Positions 45,139-56,494 of a stretch of 64,000 nucleotides of DNA are shown here, in pieces (the first letter of the stretch is position 1; the number at the start of each line of letters is the position of its first letter). The notes under the pieces are model-generated. The model was not told where the DNA came from, ran no database searches, and was given only the letters and a program-made list of their open reading frames with translations. This stretch comes from Batkoa obscura. Its lineage: Eukaryota. The stretch spans positions 1-64,000 of the forward strand of contig JASVEC010000003.1 in the NCBI GenBank assembly GCA_030770535.1, written 5' to 3'. Made by a program: the position numbers and the translations under genes.

Positions 45139-45798
45139 TTAAAGTAATAGTCATTTTTGTTACTTTGAGTTTATATTTAATCGGTTCCGTTTATCTGAAG
45201 TAAACCAGTTTAGTATTTTTATAAATTTGATTTTAAAAATACAGTTATTTTCGATTTTAAACTTGTTTTTTTTTTATAGAATGATACAAATTATAAATAT
45301 TACCATTTGAAGTTTTATATTTTATAATGTAATTATATTAAATATGTAGTATAAAATCTCTGAAAAATAAGTTGTTACATTAATAAATGAATTCACAAAA
45401 TATAATACTATATTATTAAGTCTAAAATTTAATTATATTATATCCATTAATGTACTTATAAGCTTTTACTGTCATTGTAATGCTAATTTTTATTATATTA
45501 TTATTCATTTTAATATTATTTCAAGATTTAATTTATCCAATCAATTAAAGTTCATTTTTAGTCAAATCTTTAGTAATAGCCAGATAATTTGCTAGTACTC
45601 AAGTAAAAAAGGTCTCTCTTTTACAAAAACAGTAGATAAGGTATGTCATATACTCTTAATTATTCAGTTAAATAAAACACATCCATCGGAGAATATTAAA
45701 TATAATGATATAACAAATGATCACTAATGTTATAATTGAATTGTTATGAAACTATTATTAAAGAAATATATTTATCAAATTATATAGCTAATTGAGCC

Positions 45799-46083
45799 AT
45801 GTCTAAGTCTAAGAATCATACCAATCACAATCAAAGTAAATTTTAAATTTCGCATTTTAAAACATTATATTTATTAAATTAAATAGACCGTAAGGCTCAT
45901 CGTAACGGTATCAAAAAGCCAAAGACTTTCCGTTATTCTTCTAACCGCGGTGTAAGTTTATTTATTTAATGTATGCTTTTTATACTCATCATAATTCAGG
46001 TTGATTCCAAATTCATCCGTAACCAACGTTTTGCCAAAAAGGGTACTTTCACTGCTCTCAAAGCAGCTACTGCCCAACAATAA
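45799..46083 (+). CDS. RPL29: 60S ribosomal protein eL29, 3 exons
   Basis: [49 protein letters not shown]; absent from the ORF track because it is spliced. Confidence 0.96.
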
Positions 46084-46724
46084 ATAAAACATAATTTAAG
46101 GGTTTAATTAAATATTAAAAAGTTTTATTCTTGTGTTCAGTTCGATGGTAATTGTTTAATTTTTATTTACTTAATAGTAGGAATGGATAGTTGAAGCGAA
46201 GTATAAAGATAATGTTTTTAGATTTATGCATAAAGAGGAGTGGATAGAGTTATTAAGTTAGAAAGGCAGTACAAAGTAATGTAACGAAACATTAATATAA
46301 ATGCACTAATAGAGACTTTTATTATAAGCGAAATATTACAACTGAATGTTGATTTAAACGACTTGAAAAGGATGAAATACTTAAATGGTATTAAATTAAA
46401 GACTTGTCAAACGCGTCATAATAAAATGTTTTGCTTTTCAAATATTAGTTCAGTTTACTATCAAATTTAGAATATATTTTTTGCTTTATTAATCGATTTT
46501 TTTAGTAGATATTAATATATTACCATTATTAATTACTGTTTTTTTTTGAAATTATTAGACATCTCTATTTATATACAGATAGTATTATCCATTACCAATA
46601 CATAATTATTTTATACCAGTATTAGTAGAATTATATTTTTAAACTTTTAATTAACAAGCATAATTGTAGTTCTAAATATAGTAACTCCTATAATTTCAAA
46701 AAATTATAAAATCTAAAATGACAT

Positions 46725-46739
46725 AGAATTTTCTAGACT
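46725..46739. promoter_or_regulatory. Putative heat shock element
   Basis: aGAAttTTCtaGAct is three alternating nGAAn units with one mismatch, about 50 bp upstream of an Hsp90 co-chaperone gene. Confidence 0.5.
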
Positions 46740-46790
46740 TGTTTGAAAGTAATAAAGTTAGATTAAACTCAAAAAAGACGATACAACACA

Positions 46791-47977
46791 ATGGTAATCT
46801 GTACAAGACGAGGCTGCGGGAAAGAAATCAAAGAAGATAATGAGAAAGAGTCATGTGTGTATCACACCGGTAAACCAGTTTTTCATGAGGGGTTAAAGGG
46901 CTGGAGTTGCTGTAATAAAAGAGAAACGGATTTTGACATGTTTTTAAAGATCCCAGGATGTAGTGTAGGAAGCCACTCAACTGAGGTTGATTTGGAAAGT
47001 AAAGAGTATTATGTTAAGCCCGTAGAGCAAAAAGAGGAAACTAGCAGCCCTAACGTAGCTTTTGATTTAAAACAGGTTTCAGAAGCGTTGCCTCAAGTTA
47101 ATATCATCTCAAAAGAAGAGAGAAAGGAAAAGGCGAAAGAGTTGGAAACAATTGAAATCAACAAAGAGGATGACACTGATAAAGAAGTTAAAGCTGGTAC
47201 CTTATGTAAAAGACGAGGATGTGGACACAAATTTGTTGATAATAAGGTATCAAGAGGAAAAGACGAAGACTCAAATTGTTATTTCCATCCGGGATTACCT
47301 ATCTTCCATGAAGGGTCTAAAGGTTACTCCTGCTGCAAAAGAAAAGTGTTGGAGTTTGACGAGTTTTTAAAAATTAAAGGGTGTGTTCAAAGAAAACACG
47401 TTTTTATCGAAAAAATTAATCCACTTGAAAATAAGGTAATCTAAGTTCAACCAAAGTTACTAATACTAATGATATTTTAGGGTGGTGAATTATTAAAATC
47501 AGATTGTAGATTCGACTGGTATCAGTCACCTTCTCAAGTCATCTTATCTATTTTTGCAAAGAAGATAGATAAAGAAGAAAGCACAATTATATTTAATAAA
47601 GATAAGGTAAAAGAACCCAATATGTATATAAAATAATCTAATCAATATAATTAGCTAACCATAAAAATAAAATTCCAAGGCAACAAACTATTTGAAAAGG
47701 AGTTTGAGCTATTCCAGGTAATCATTTATTATCACATACCAATGGTAAATTAAGCAATATTATTGTTAGTCAATTCAGCCTGAAAACTGTAGTTATGAAG
47801 TTTTATCTACTAAAGTAGAAATTATTTTAGCTAAAGGTAATTAATGATACAATGTTATAAACTAATAAGCTGATATTTTTAATAGATAACAACATGTCTT
47901 GGGCATGTTTAGAAAGAACAGATAACATTTCTACTTGGACTACGTTTGGTTCTAATGATTCACCTTTAAATAAATAA
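46791..47977 (+). CDS. CHORDC1: CHORD-domain Hsp90 co-chaperone (2 CHORD + CS domain)
   Basis: Two C..RGCG..C.(Y/F)H.G.P.FHEG.KG(W/Y)SCC..F..FLKI.GC repeats; CS domain CRFDWYQS..STKVEI.L.K..SW..LE. Confidence 0.93.
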
Positions 47978-48024
47978 ACAAATAAATAAATTAAAAAAAA
48001 CTTAATCTATTAATACTCTATATT

Positions 48025-49015
48025 TTATTTTAATACATGATCAGATAAACTATTTAACCATCTCATATATTCATTCTGTTCTTTGAATGAGATGTAATCT
48101 CTAATAAACTTAGCCATATTATGATCAATGCCTCTAGCTTCTAAATAATCTTCAAAGCCCGATTTGAGCTCCTAAATAAAAAAAATTAATACTTTTAATG
48201 GGACTTGGGCTAATACAATTACTTCATGTAATACTTCAAAAGGTACACCCACCAACCTTGAATTAAGATGGATTTGTTTGATTGCTTGAATGGGCTGGAC
48301 CTCTTGATTTTCAAACCTCTTTATTTGAATAAATCCAAAAAAACCATCAGATACAATACTGTCGAATAAAATACTACCCTTTTTTAACTAATTTTAAAGT
48401 TTAGTTTGATATATAAAACAAGGTCACTGTTTACTTTTGAGATGATAATATGACACTTGATTGGAAACTCATCAAACTAAAAACGAGTTAATATTGATAA
48501 AAATAAACTAAAACTTATACTTTTGAAAACAATTTAATATCAGTAACATTACTAGTTTGAATAGGCGGCATATTAATATCCGCTATTGAAAAGCGAATAA
48601 TAATATCTCTAATTTCATGTTTATTAAATCTAATAATATTGGACTTTAAATTTTATTACTCTTTTTCATTGTATTTTTTGTGCAATTCAACCAAGCTCCC
48701 ACCTTCTTCTTGTTTTAACTATAATATAGTTGAATAAATTACATTATATTATATCATATTGTTTAATTATTATTACCTCATACCCGCTTCGCTGTAAATA
48801 AATAGGTAATTCTGGGTTGACTTCCCCTTTGTTTTTTAGCTCAAACTCAAACTCATTATTTAAATAAGTTGATAAGTCTTTGTTTAATACTAATTTAATT
48901 GATTAATATATTATTATCTCATAATATTGATATTGCAGTTACATGTTTTTGTTGTAGAATAAAATCTATTGTTAATTATTAATTTAGTTGATCTTTGAAA
49001 TAATTTAGCAAACAT
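48025..49015 (-). CDS. Mitochondrial acidic matrix glycoprotein MAM33/C1QBP family, multi-exon
   Basis: Presequence MFAKLFQRSTK..; IIIRFSIADI; FPIKCHIIISK..GSILFD; WGVPFEVLHEELKSGFEDYLEARGIDHNMAKFIRDY..KEQNEYMRWL. Confidence 0.8.
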
Positions 49016-49073
49016 TTTAAAATTATTAAAAATTAAAATTATTTTTATTTTTTATATTTTTTGTTTTTAAAAA

Positions 49074-50586
49074 ATGACTTCAAATCAAACGTATAATGTA
49101 TTAGAATTGTTTAGCGGAATAGGTAATAGAATAAGCATAAATTAATTTGTACATAACATAGCTTTATAATAGGTGGGATGGTAACTACAATATAGTGTGT
49201 TATAATAAACTAAGCTAAATATAAAAAGCATTATGCTCTAAACGAAACAATATTCTCCAAAAGGATTAATGAGATAACAGCAATGGATATTAATGATATA
49301 GGGAATAAAGTATATGAATATAATTTTAAGAAAAAACCAAAAGCAGTAATAATAACTTTAATTTTCATTAATTAAAAAAAGAGGTTGATAAGGTTATAGA
49401 CAAACTTAGATAGTATGAATGCAAGTAAATACAACCGCTATAAACCAGATATAATATTAATGTCCCCACCATGTCAACCATATACAAGAACTGGTAACCA
49501 GTTAAATTTAAAAGATAAGAGAAGTATTTCTTTTATTTCATTTTTAAATTCGTTATCCGAAATGAATAGTTTAAACTATTTTTTATTAGAAAATGTGTAT
49601 GGGTTTGAAGTAAGTTTTTTATTGAAAAAAAATATTTAATTGTAATGTTTTATAGCGCTCAGAAAGCCGACAAGTATTAGTTGAAAAATGTTTGGAAGCT
49701 GGGTTTCAATATCAAGAATTTTTAATTAATCCAATGGACTTAAATATACCCAATTCAAGATTAAGATATTATTTTATAGTAAGTTTTTTTTAACTCTTTT
49801 TTATGCATTAAAAAGAAATAGGCAAAAAGGGAAAATGTAGGAAACTTCAAGATAGTTCAAATGAACAAGAGACTATTTTGTAGTAAAAAGACAATGATTG
49901 TTGATACTGAAAACAATAATTTATTACCATTAACTTTAGATGAGAAAGAGTTAGTTAATGAAATTTATAAAGTTTTATTTGACATTGATGCTACTCAAAT
50001 GAATTGTGGTACCACTACGTTAGCTGAATTTTTAGGTGATTCTGTTTTTGATACCAAATTATTTGAAGATTATTCAGTACCTGAAAAAGTAATATTATCA
50101 AATTTCACTACAGTTGTTTCTTTTATATAAATTTTTATTAGATAATTGAGAAATATCTTAATGTTTATGGTAATTCTAATCCAATTTAAAAAACACTTAT
50201 AATTGGATAGATATTGTGGAGCCACATTCTGTTGGAACCTGTTGTTTTACAAAAGGTAAATTAATATCTTTGTATTGATTTATTTTTAATAATAATTTAG
50301 GTTATACTAAATATGCCCAAGGAACGGGATCAATACTTAAATTAGACATTAAAGTAAGCTATAAATTTATTAAATAGAGTCACTAATAAATTAATGTAAG
50401 GATGGAAAAGTAACACGTTATCGATACTTTACTGAATATGAAATAGCCAAACTAATGGGTTTCCCAGTAATGAAAAATAAGTTTCAATTTCCATCGGAAG
50501 TAAGTTTAAAGAATCGATATAAATTATTAGGAAATTCTTTAAATGTACTTGTTGTTTCTCGTTTAATTAACTATATGTTAAATTGA
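49074..50586 (+). CDS. DNMT2: DNMT2/TRDMT1 tRNA (cytosine-38-C5) methyltransferase, many exons
   Basis: Motif I VLELFSGIGGMHYA, IV MSPPCQPYTR, VI LLENVYGFE, VIII IPNSRLRYY, DNMT2-specific CFTKGY..GTGS, IX RYFT..EIA.LMGFP, X YKLLGNSLNV. Confidence 0.93.
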
Positions 50587-50688
50587 AATAAAAATAGATT
50601 TAGATATTAAAGTTAGTTTGTTTTAAAAGAAAATATTTCATTATAATTTTGGTAAACAAAAAAACTAGTTTTATACTGCAAAATCAAA

Positions 50689-50759
50689 TGCGTACACTGG
50701 GAATCGAACCCAGGCCACTTCTTTGGAAGAGAAGTATTCTACCTCTATACTATGTACGC
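50689..50759 (-). tRNA. tRNA-Gly (TCC)
   Basis: 71-nt cloverleaf: acceptor GCGTACA/TGTACGC plus A73, anticodon stem CTTCT/AGAAG with loop CT-TCC-AA, T arm CTGGG-TTCGATT-CCCAG; oligo-T runs downstream. Confidence 0.95.
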
Positions 50760-50797
50760 TGTTCAGATAGTATAGATTTTTTCAGTTTACTAATAAA

Positions 50798-50897
50798 TGG
50801 AAATGTATTTTTATGTTTAAGAATTTTACTAACAATTTTTCCGCTCAAATAGCGATTAGAAAATGCAAAAAGTAATGAAGCAAAAAAAACACCTTCA
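50798..50897 (+). mobile_element. MITE copy E (eroded ends), about 40 bp upstream of the tRNA
   Basis: TGGAAATGTATTTTTATGTTTAAGAATTTTACTAACAA..CTCAAATAGCGATTAG..AAAAAGTAATGAAGCAAAAAAAACACCTTCA. Confidence 0.8.
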
Positions 50898-51299
50898 AAT
50901 GTTCTCACACTTTGTAGCTCAATTTATTTTATGTAAGCTATCTGGATACTTGACAGGGTTGAATATGTAAACTTTGATTTGAAAAGCAATGTCTTATCCA
51001 TTGGACTTTGTGGACCATTTTATAATTGGATATTTGATGGTTTTTAATAATCATTAAATAGTATATAAATCCTTAAATATGAGGTGATGTCTTTGGGATT
51101 GTTATCTTTTTTTTTTAAAATGTTGGAACCAAAGAACAAATGTCTATATTAATTTATAAAATAATAAAAGAGGATAGATATTTGTCCATTTTTTAACAAT
51201 AAAATTGTTCAATTCATTTGCTAAATTTTATAAAGTTCAATTAGAAATCAACAAAGCCAATTGACTTAATCACTATAATATATTTATTGATAGTTTAAT

Positions 51300-53302
51300 T
51301 TAAAGTTTCTTTTTAGAGACTAATCTAGCGTATTCAATCAAAGTACGAGTAGGACGACCTAAAATAATTAATTTCAATTCCATTTATAACACTTAACATT
51401 ACCTGTCATTCCTTTAGTATGATAACCAGAATCAGAAGTAGCTTCCATAACGGCAGCAATGTCCAAATGGCCATAACGAGTAGGAAGTGTATCATCATCG
51501 TTCCAATCCACTGGTTCTTTAACTTCTTTATCAAGATGAACAAATTCTCTTAAAAACGCAGCAGCGGAGCAAGATCCACCTCCATTTTTAGCTCCAATAT
51601 TTTGTAAATCAGCAACATTGGTTCCGGTCATTAATGATTTATAGTATGGATGGAAGGGCATACGCCAGAATAAATCACCCGATGTATTACTGGCTTGTTC
51701 CAATTCTTGCCATAATGAATGACGAGAGGCATAAGCTCCAGTGTAGGGATCTCCTAAAGCTACAACGATAGCTCCAGTTAATGTAGCTACTGTAAATACA
51801 GTGTGAGGATTATAGGTAGAGTTGATATGATAAAGAGTATCCGATAATACCATACGTCCTTCAGCATCAGTATTTAATACCTAGTTATTATTAGTATAAT
51901 GGATGATTTTAAATGGATGATTTACTTCAATGGTTTTTCCATTCATGGCCGTAACTACATCTCCAGGTTTAGTAGCTCTTGCAGATGGCATGTTTTCAGC
52001 AAGGGCAATAGCAGCTCTTACATTAATTGGTAATTTAAGTTGAGCAATGGCTAATACGGATGCAGCTACAGTAGCAGCACCTCCCATATCACCTTTCATG
52101 GCATGCATATTAGCAGATGGTTTAATTGAGATACCTCCGCTATATAAAAGATTAGTTTAAAAATTTAATAATAAATGAGTTATTTACGTATCAAAAGTAA
52201 TTCCTAATAAAAATAAGTAAAATAACCTATAAAACACTATATATAATTACCTTTTCCGACAAAAGATAATGGTTTATCGTTAGCATTTCCACCATTATAA
52301 TGGAACTCAACAATTTTTGGTTCTTCATCAGAACCTTTAGAAACAGATAAGAAAGCACCCATTTTCTTTTCCTTAATCCATTGTTGATCACGAACATGAA
52401 TTTCTAAATTATCAATTTTACTAGCTAATTTTTGAATATGTTCAGCAATGATAGTAGGAGTAGCAAGGTTGGCTGGTGAGTCCATCCAATATCTGGCTAA
52501 ATTTTGAGCATTTGCAAATACTTCTCCAGTAGTCCAATCATAATCGCTAGTTAATTCTTCAACTTGAGCATCACTTTTAATTGGAGCAAAGGTAACTTCA
52601 GCTTTAGCATCTTCTGATTCAAGATGCACTTTTTGATGTGCTTTATAATTGTAAACACCAAGTCCAGCAGCTTCAGCAGAAGCTAAAAAATATGGCTTAA
52701 TAAAAATATTAAATATTAAAAAATAACTTACTGTGTTGTCCAGAAGTAGTATCTAATCCAATATGAGTAGCACCACTAGCTTTTAATTGACGTACACCAT
52801 TACCGATCTTAAAAAAAATTAGATTAATTGAATGATTTCAATTAATTTAACTTACAGCATTACGAACACGGTCTGAAAATACAGCTTTATTTTCAGTCTT
52901 TGGGCCAAAAGAAACTAAAGCTACACGAGCGATATCTCCTTCACTAAAATGGAAAAGTTTGCTTTCTCCTAACTTACCTTTAGCATTAGATACCTTTAAT
53001 AAAGACTTAAGCTTATCAATTAACCCAGAGTCAAGATGAGAAGCATCACTGGATAATGAAAGGTCATCATAATATCCTAATACTAAAGAGTCGATTTTTT
53101 TGTCAGCCATAGTAGAATACGGTTTTATGAGAGAATGAGTTTGATTGTTAAAAATTTTATATACTCCAGTTGCACTTGAACTTGAGTTGAAAAAAGAACG
53201 ATTGGTGTTGAAGTTCGATTTGAGTGTATTTATACTATTGTTAAAAAACAATGTTTTTCCCGAATGACGAGCTAATCTTAATAAAAGTTTTGTACAACTC
53301 AT
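51300..53302 (-). CDS. M17 leucine (cytosol) aminopeptidase with N-terminal presequence, multi-exon
   Basis: [98 protein letters not shown]. Confidence 0.96.
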
Positions 53303-54308
53303 GGATTATTTACCACTTTATACAATTAAAATTTTCCCCTTTATTCAATGTTGAATGGTGTAGCTGATGATCTATTTCCTTTTTTTTATCCAATTATTCT
53401 TCTTGTTACTTTTATTTTTTTAGTTTTACGTTCGACACTACTCATTTTTGAAGTGTCTTTCAAATTATTGGTGGGATTTCAATCCATTGAAGGGATAACG
53501 TGATTTCAAGTAATTATTTTTATACTTTAAATGAATATTCAAAATTGTTAGTATAAGAATGCGTTATACATTAAAAGGTTACTAATACTAGATACAACTT
53601 ATGTATAGCTTTACTTTAACCGTAATTTAACTTTTTTACGGTTTAAAACCATTACAAATGTAGTAATTTAAGCATAAATAATATGAAATTGAAGGCTATG
53701 TTTTTTTCGTTTAGAAATGAAGTAAAATATTATGAAAGGTTTTATATATATCGAACTTATACTTTGTAAAATATTGATATTATTATATATGACCTATATA
53801 TGATAATATTATATACCTTAAAGTCTACATTATTTATAATTAATCCCTCTTTTTTTTCCAAATATTTGTTGAAAACTTAAAAATCTTAACTAAAATAAAA
53901 TTAATTTAATTAATTTAATTAATTTTGAGTTCTTTTATTTAATATATGTTTATATACTATAATATAATTTTATTTGTTTATTTATATTATACATACCTTT
54001 TACGATTATAAAAATTTATATGATTAATAAATAAATACTCAATTAACTGAAAAAAGTTGCTGACGTTGCTAAATTTTAAAAAGATTACAACTTTAATCAA
54101 TATAATTTTATTTAAAAAGAAAAATCAAGTCACTATTTAATATCAACATATTACATACTTCTATTCAATATCTTGTCACCTTTAACAATAAATTTAAATG
54201 AATTAAATTTATTAACCATTTTAATTATTTGTTTCACTTTTTATTGTCATTTATTAGACTTGATTGTCATAGCATTATGAACATATCATGTTATATACGC
54301 TATCTTCA

Positions 54309-54947
54309 TTAAACTGATTTATCATAGGATTCAATTATTTTTTCTAATTCTTCGTTTCTTAATTGAAGAAGAGCAATTTGATGTAATGCTTTTTTATTAC
54401 TTTCTTCAAATAGCTCAATAGCTTTAATTAATAACTTAGATGAGCCATTATAATGATTTTTAACTTGATGCTTCATAAAATTAGCTTGTTCTGTTATTTC
54501 ATTTAAATTATTTGCTGTCTTTGGAATCCAATTAAGAGAAGTAATAATTTCAGATGAACTACTTTTATCTCGATTTAATCTTTTTTTTAAAATATCATGA
54601 AGTTTAGGTTGTCTTTTAACAAAGGAATAAACCCAAGTTCGTCCCACCACTACATTGCCACGTAAACTAAGTAACCGATTGGCCATTTTTTTAATATCTT
54701 CATGTTTTGGTTGAACTTTCCGACTACTTAAATCACATATATGTTCTACAATTACATTCTCTTCTAATATAGTTAATTTTTTACACCCTGGTTCACTGTC
54801 TTCTTTAGATTGAATACCATTCACTCGTCGTGCTAATGTAGAACTACTTACAGAATATAACTTTGCTGCTCTATTAATGCTTAATTTTTTGTCTTCTTTA
54901 AGTGCTTTAAGCGCTAATGTCATGTTCTCTTTATTTGGTTTTCCCAT
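54309..54947 (-). CDS. Pogo/Fot1-type transposase-derived protein: HTH_psq-like + CENP-B HTH + C-terminal coiled coil, no DDE domain
   Basis: LALKAL..LSINRAAKLYSVSSSTLARRVNG..KLTILEENVIVEHICDL..P...DIKKMANRLL..RG..VGRTWVYSFVKRQPKL (pogo/Tc5 DNA-binding region) fused directly to WIPKTANN..EQ..K....H...S....AI..F....HQIALL..RNEEL, resembling the Fot1-type C-terminus. Confidence 0.8.
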   Translation of the reverse strand: MGKPNKENMTLALKALKEDKKLSINRAAKLYSVSSSTLARRVNGIQSKEDSEPGCKKLTILEENVIVEHICDLSSRKVQPKHEDIKKMANRLLSLRGNVVVGRTWVYSFVKRQPKLHDILKKRLNRDKSSSSEIITSLNWIPKTANNLNEITEQANFMKHQVKNHYNGSSKLLIKAIELFEESNKKALHQIALLQLRNEELEKIIESYDKSV

Positions 54948-54975
54948 TTGTTAAATAATTAATTTCAACAAAATA

Positions 54976-55076
54976 TGGGGGTGTTTTTTTTGGGTTCATC
55001 ACTTTTTCCATCTTTTAAGCGCTACTTAAGCAGAAAGATTGTTAGTAAAATTCTTAAACACAAAAATATATCCCCA
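54976..55076 (-). mobile_element. MITE copy F, 28 bp upstream of the transposase-derived ORF
   Basis: TA|TGGGGGTGTTTTTTTTGGG...CACAAAAATATATCCCCA|TA. Confidence 0.88.
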
Positions 55077-55717
55077 TATTTTCTATAATTTTTTATAACT
55101 TTTATTTTTTAAACTGTTATGATTCATCATCCCCTTATTTTATCCATTATTAAATAACATTTATCTGATTGAATGAATAATTAGGACAATCTGGGGGAAT
55201 TTATTAAAAGTGGAATATTTTGTAAATTTAAAATATCATTAGTAACTTAGAGAAGTTTGCCAGCTTCTATCTAATATTTATCAACTTAAATGTTTGTTAT
55301 TAAAGATTAATTAAACAATTATAAAATTTTATAATAAATAATATTTAATAAATTAATAATAATATAATAAGCATTTTTTTTTTAAATTTTTTTTAAAATT
55401 TATATCTATATATCAGAATAATTATTAAATTTATTTTTATTTTATATAATTGTTAAGCTATTGAAAAATTAATTAAATTTGAAAAATATAATACTAATTG
55501 ATTTAAAAATAAAAATAAAACTTTCAATAAATATTATTTTATTTAAAAATAAATAGAAATTTAAATTATTCTTTAAAAATATACTTATTTTATCAATATT
55601 TAACATATTTATAATTTATCAGTTATTTTTATTTGTCTTGTATTAACCGTTTTACTTTTTATAAACATTTAATTTTATTAAAATATTACCAAGTTTTTTA
55701 AACATATATACTATATA

Positions 55718-55818
55718 CGGGGGTGTTTTTTTTGGGTTCATCACTTTTTCCATCTTTTAAGCGCTACTTAAGCAGAAAGATTGTTAGTAAAATTCTTAAA
55801 CAAAAAAATACATCCTCA
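55718..55818 (-). mobile_element. MITE copy G, near-identical direct repeat of copy F
   Basis: TA|CGGGGGTGTTTTTTTTGGG...AAAAAAATACATCCTCA|TA; internal ~80 bp identical to copy F by eye. Confidence 0.88.
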
Positions 55819-56494
55819 TATTGAGTATTCTATTTATAATTTTATTTTATTATTTAATATATTAAATTTTTGATTTAGGAAAAGTATTTTAATATAAAGC
55901 TTTTTTATTATTATCTTTAAATAATTTAATTACTTTATTTAATAATATAGTTAATTTGATACAATGTTTTTTTAATTTAATATTTTATAAAATTAGTTTA
56001 TTATATTATATCTATTAAAGGATTTATTGATTTCAAAACCTATCTAAACAATATTATAGTTTACATTAATTTATTTTTGTATTTTTTGTATTTTTTTTTT
56101 AAAAAAACACATGAAACATAAATTGTTTTTATTTGGTCATTTTCTCATTATTAATATTTCAAGAAAAATAGTATTATTCATTAATTCAGAGGCATATTGT
56201 TATTAATTAATTGAAAAATTATAATTTTTATCAAAATTAATATCTAATAATATTATACAAGAGGTCTAGTACTTTACTATTTAACTGTTTGATCAATCAA
56301 CCACTTGAATAAAAAAGAATTCATTTAATTCAGCCTATTTAATAAATATTAATGAATAGATTCATAAAATATTTGAGATTGATTAATTTAACGTTTTAAA
56401 AAACCAAATGTTATAATGTTATAATATTATAATATCAAAATTATAAAATATATGAATTAATCAATTAATTTATTAGTCATTAAGTTAAATTTAT

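Noticed and set aside
49074..50759. DNMT2 next to its own substrate tRNA (enzyme-substrate cassette)
   Set aside because: DNMT2 methylates C38 (tRNA-Asp GTC, Gly GCC, Val AAC). This tRNA-Gly(TCC) has A at position 38 (loop CTTCCAA), so it is not a substrate.
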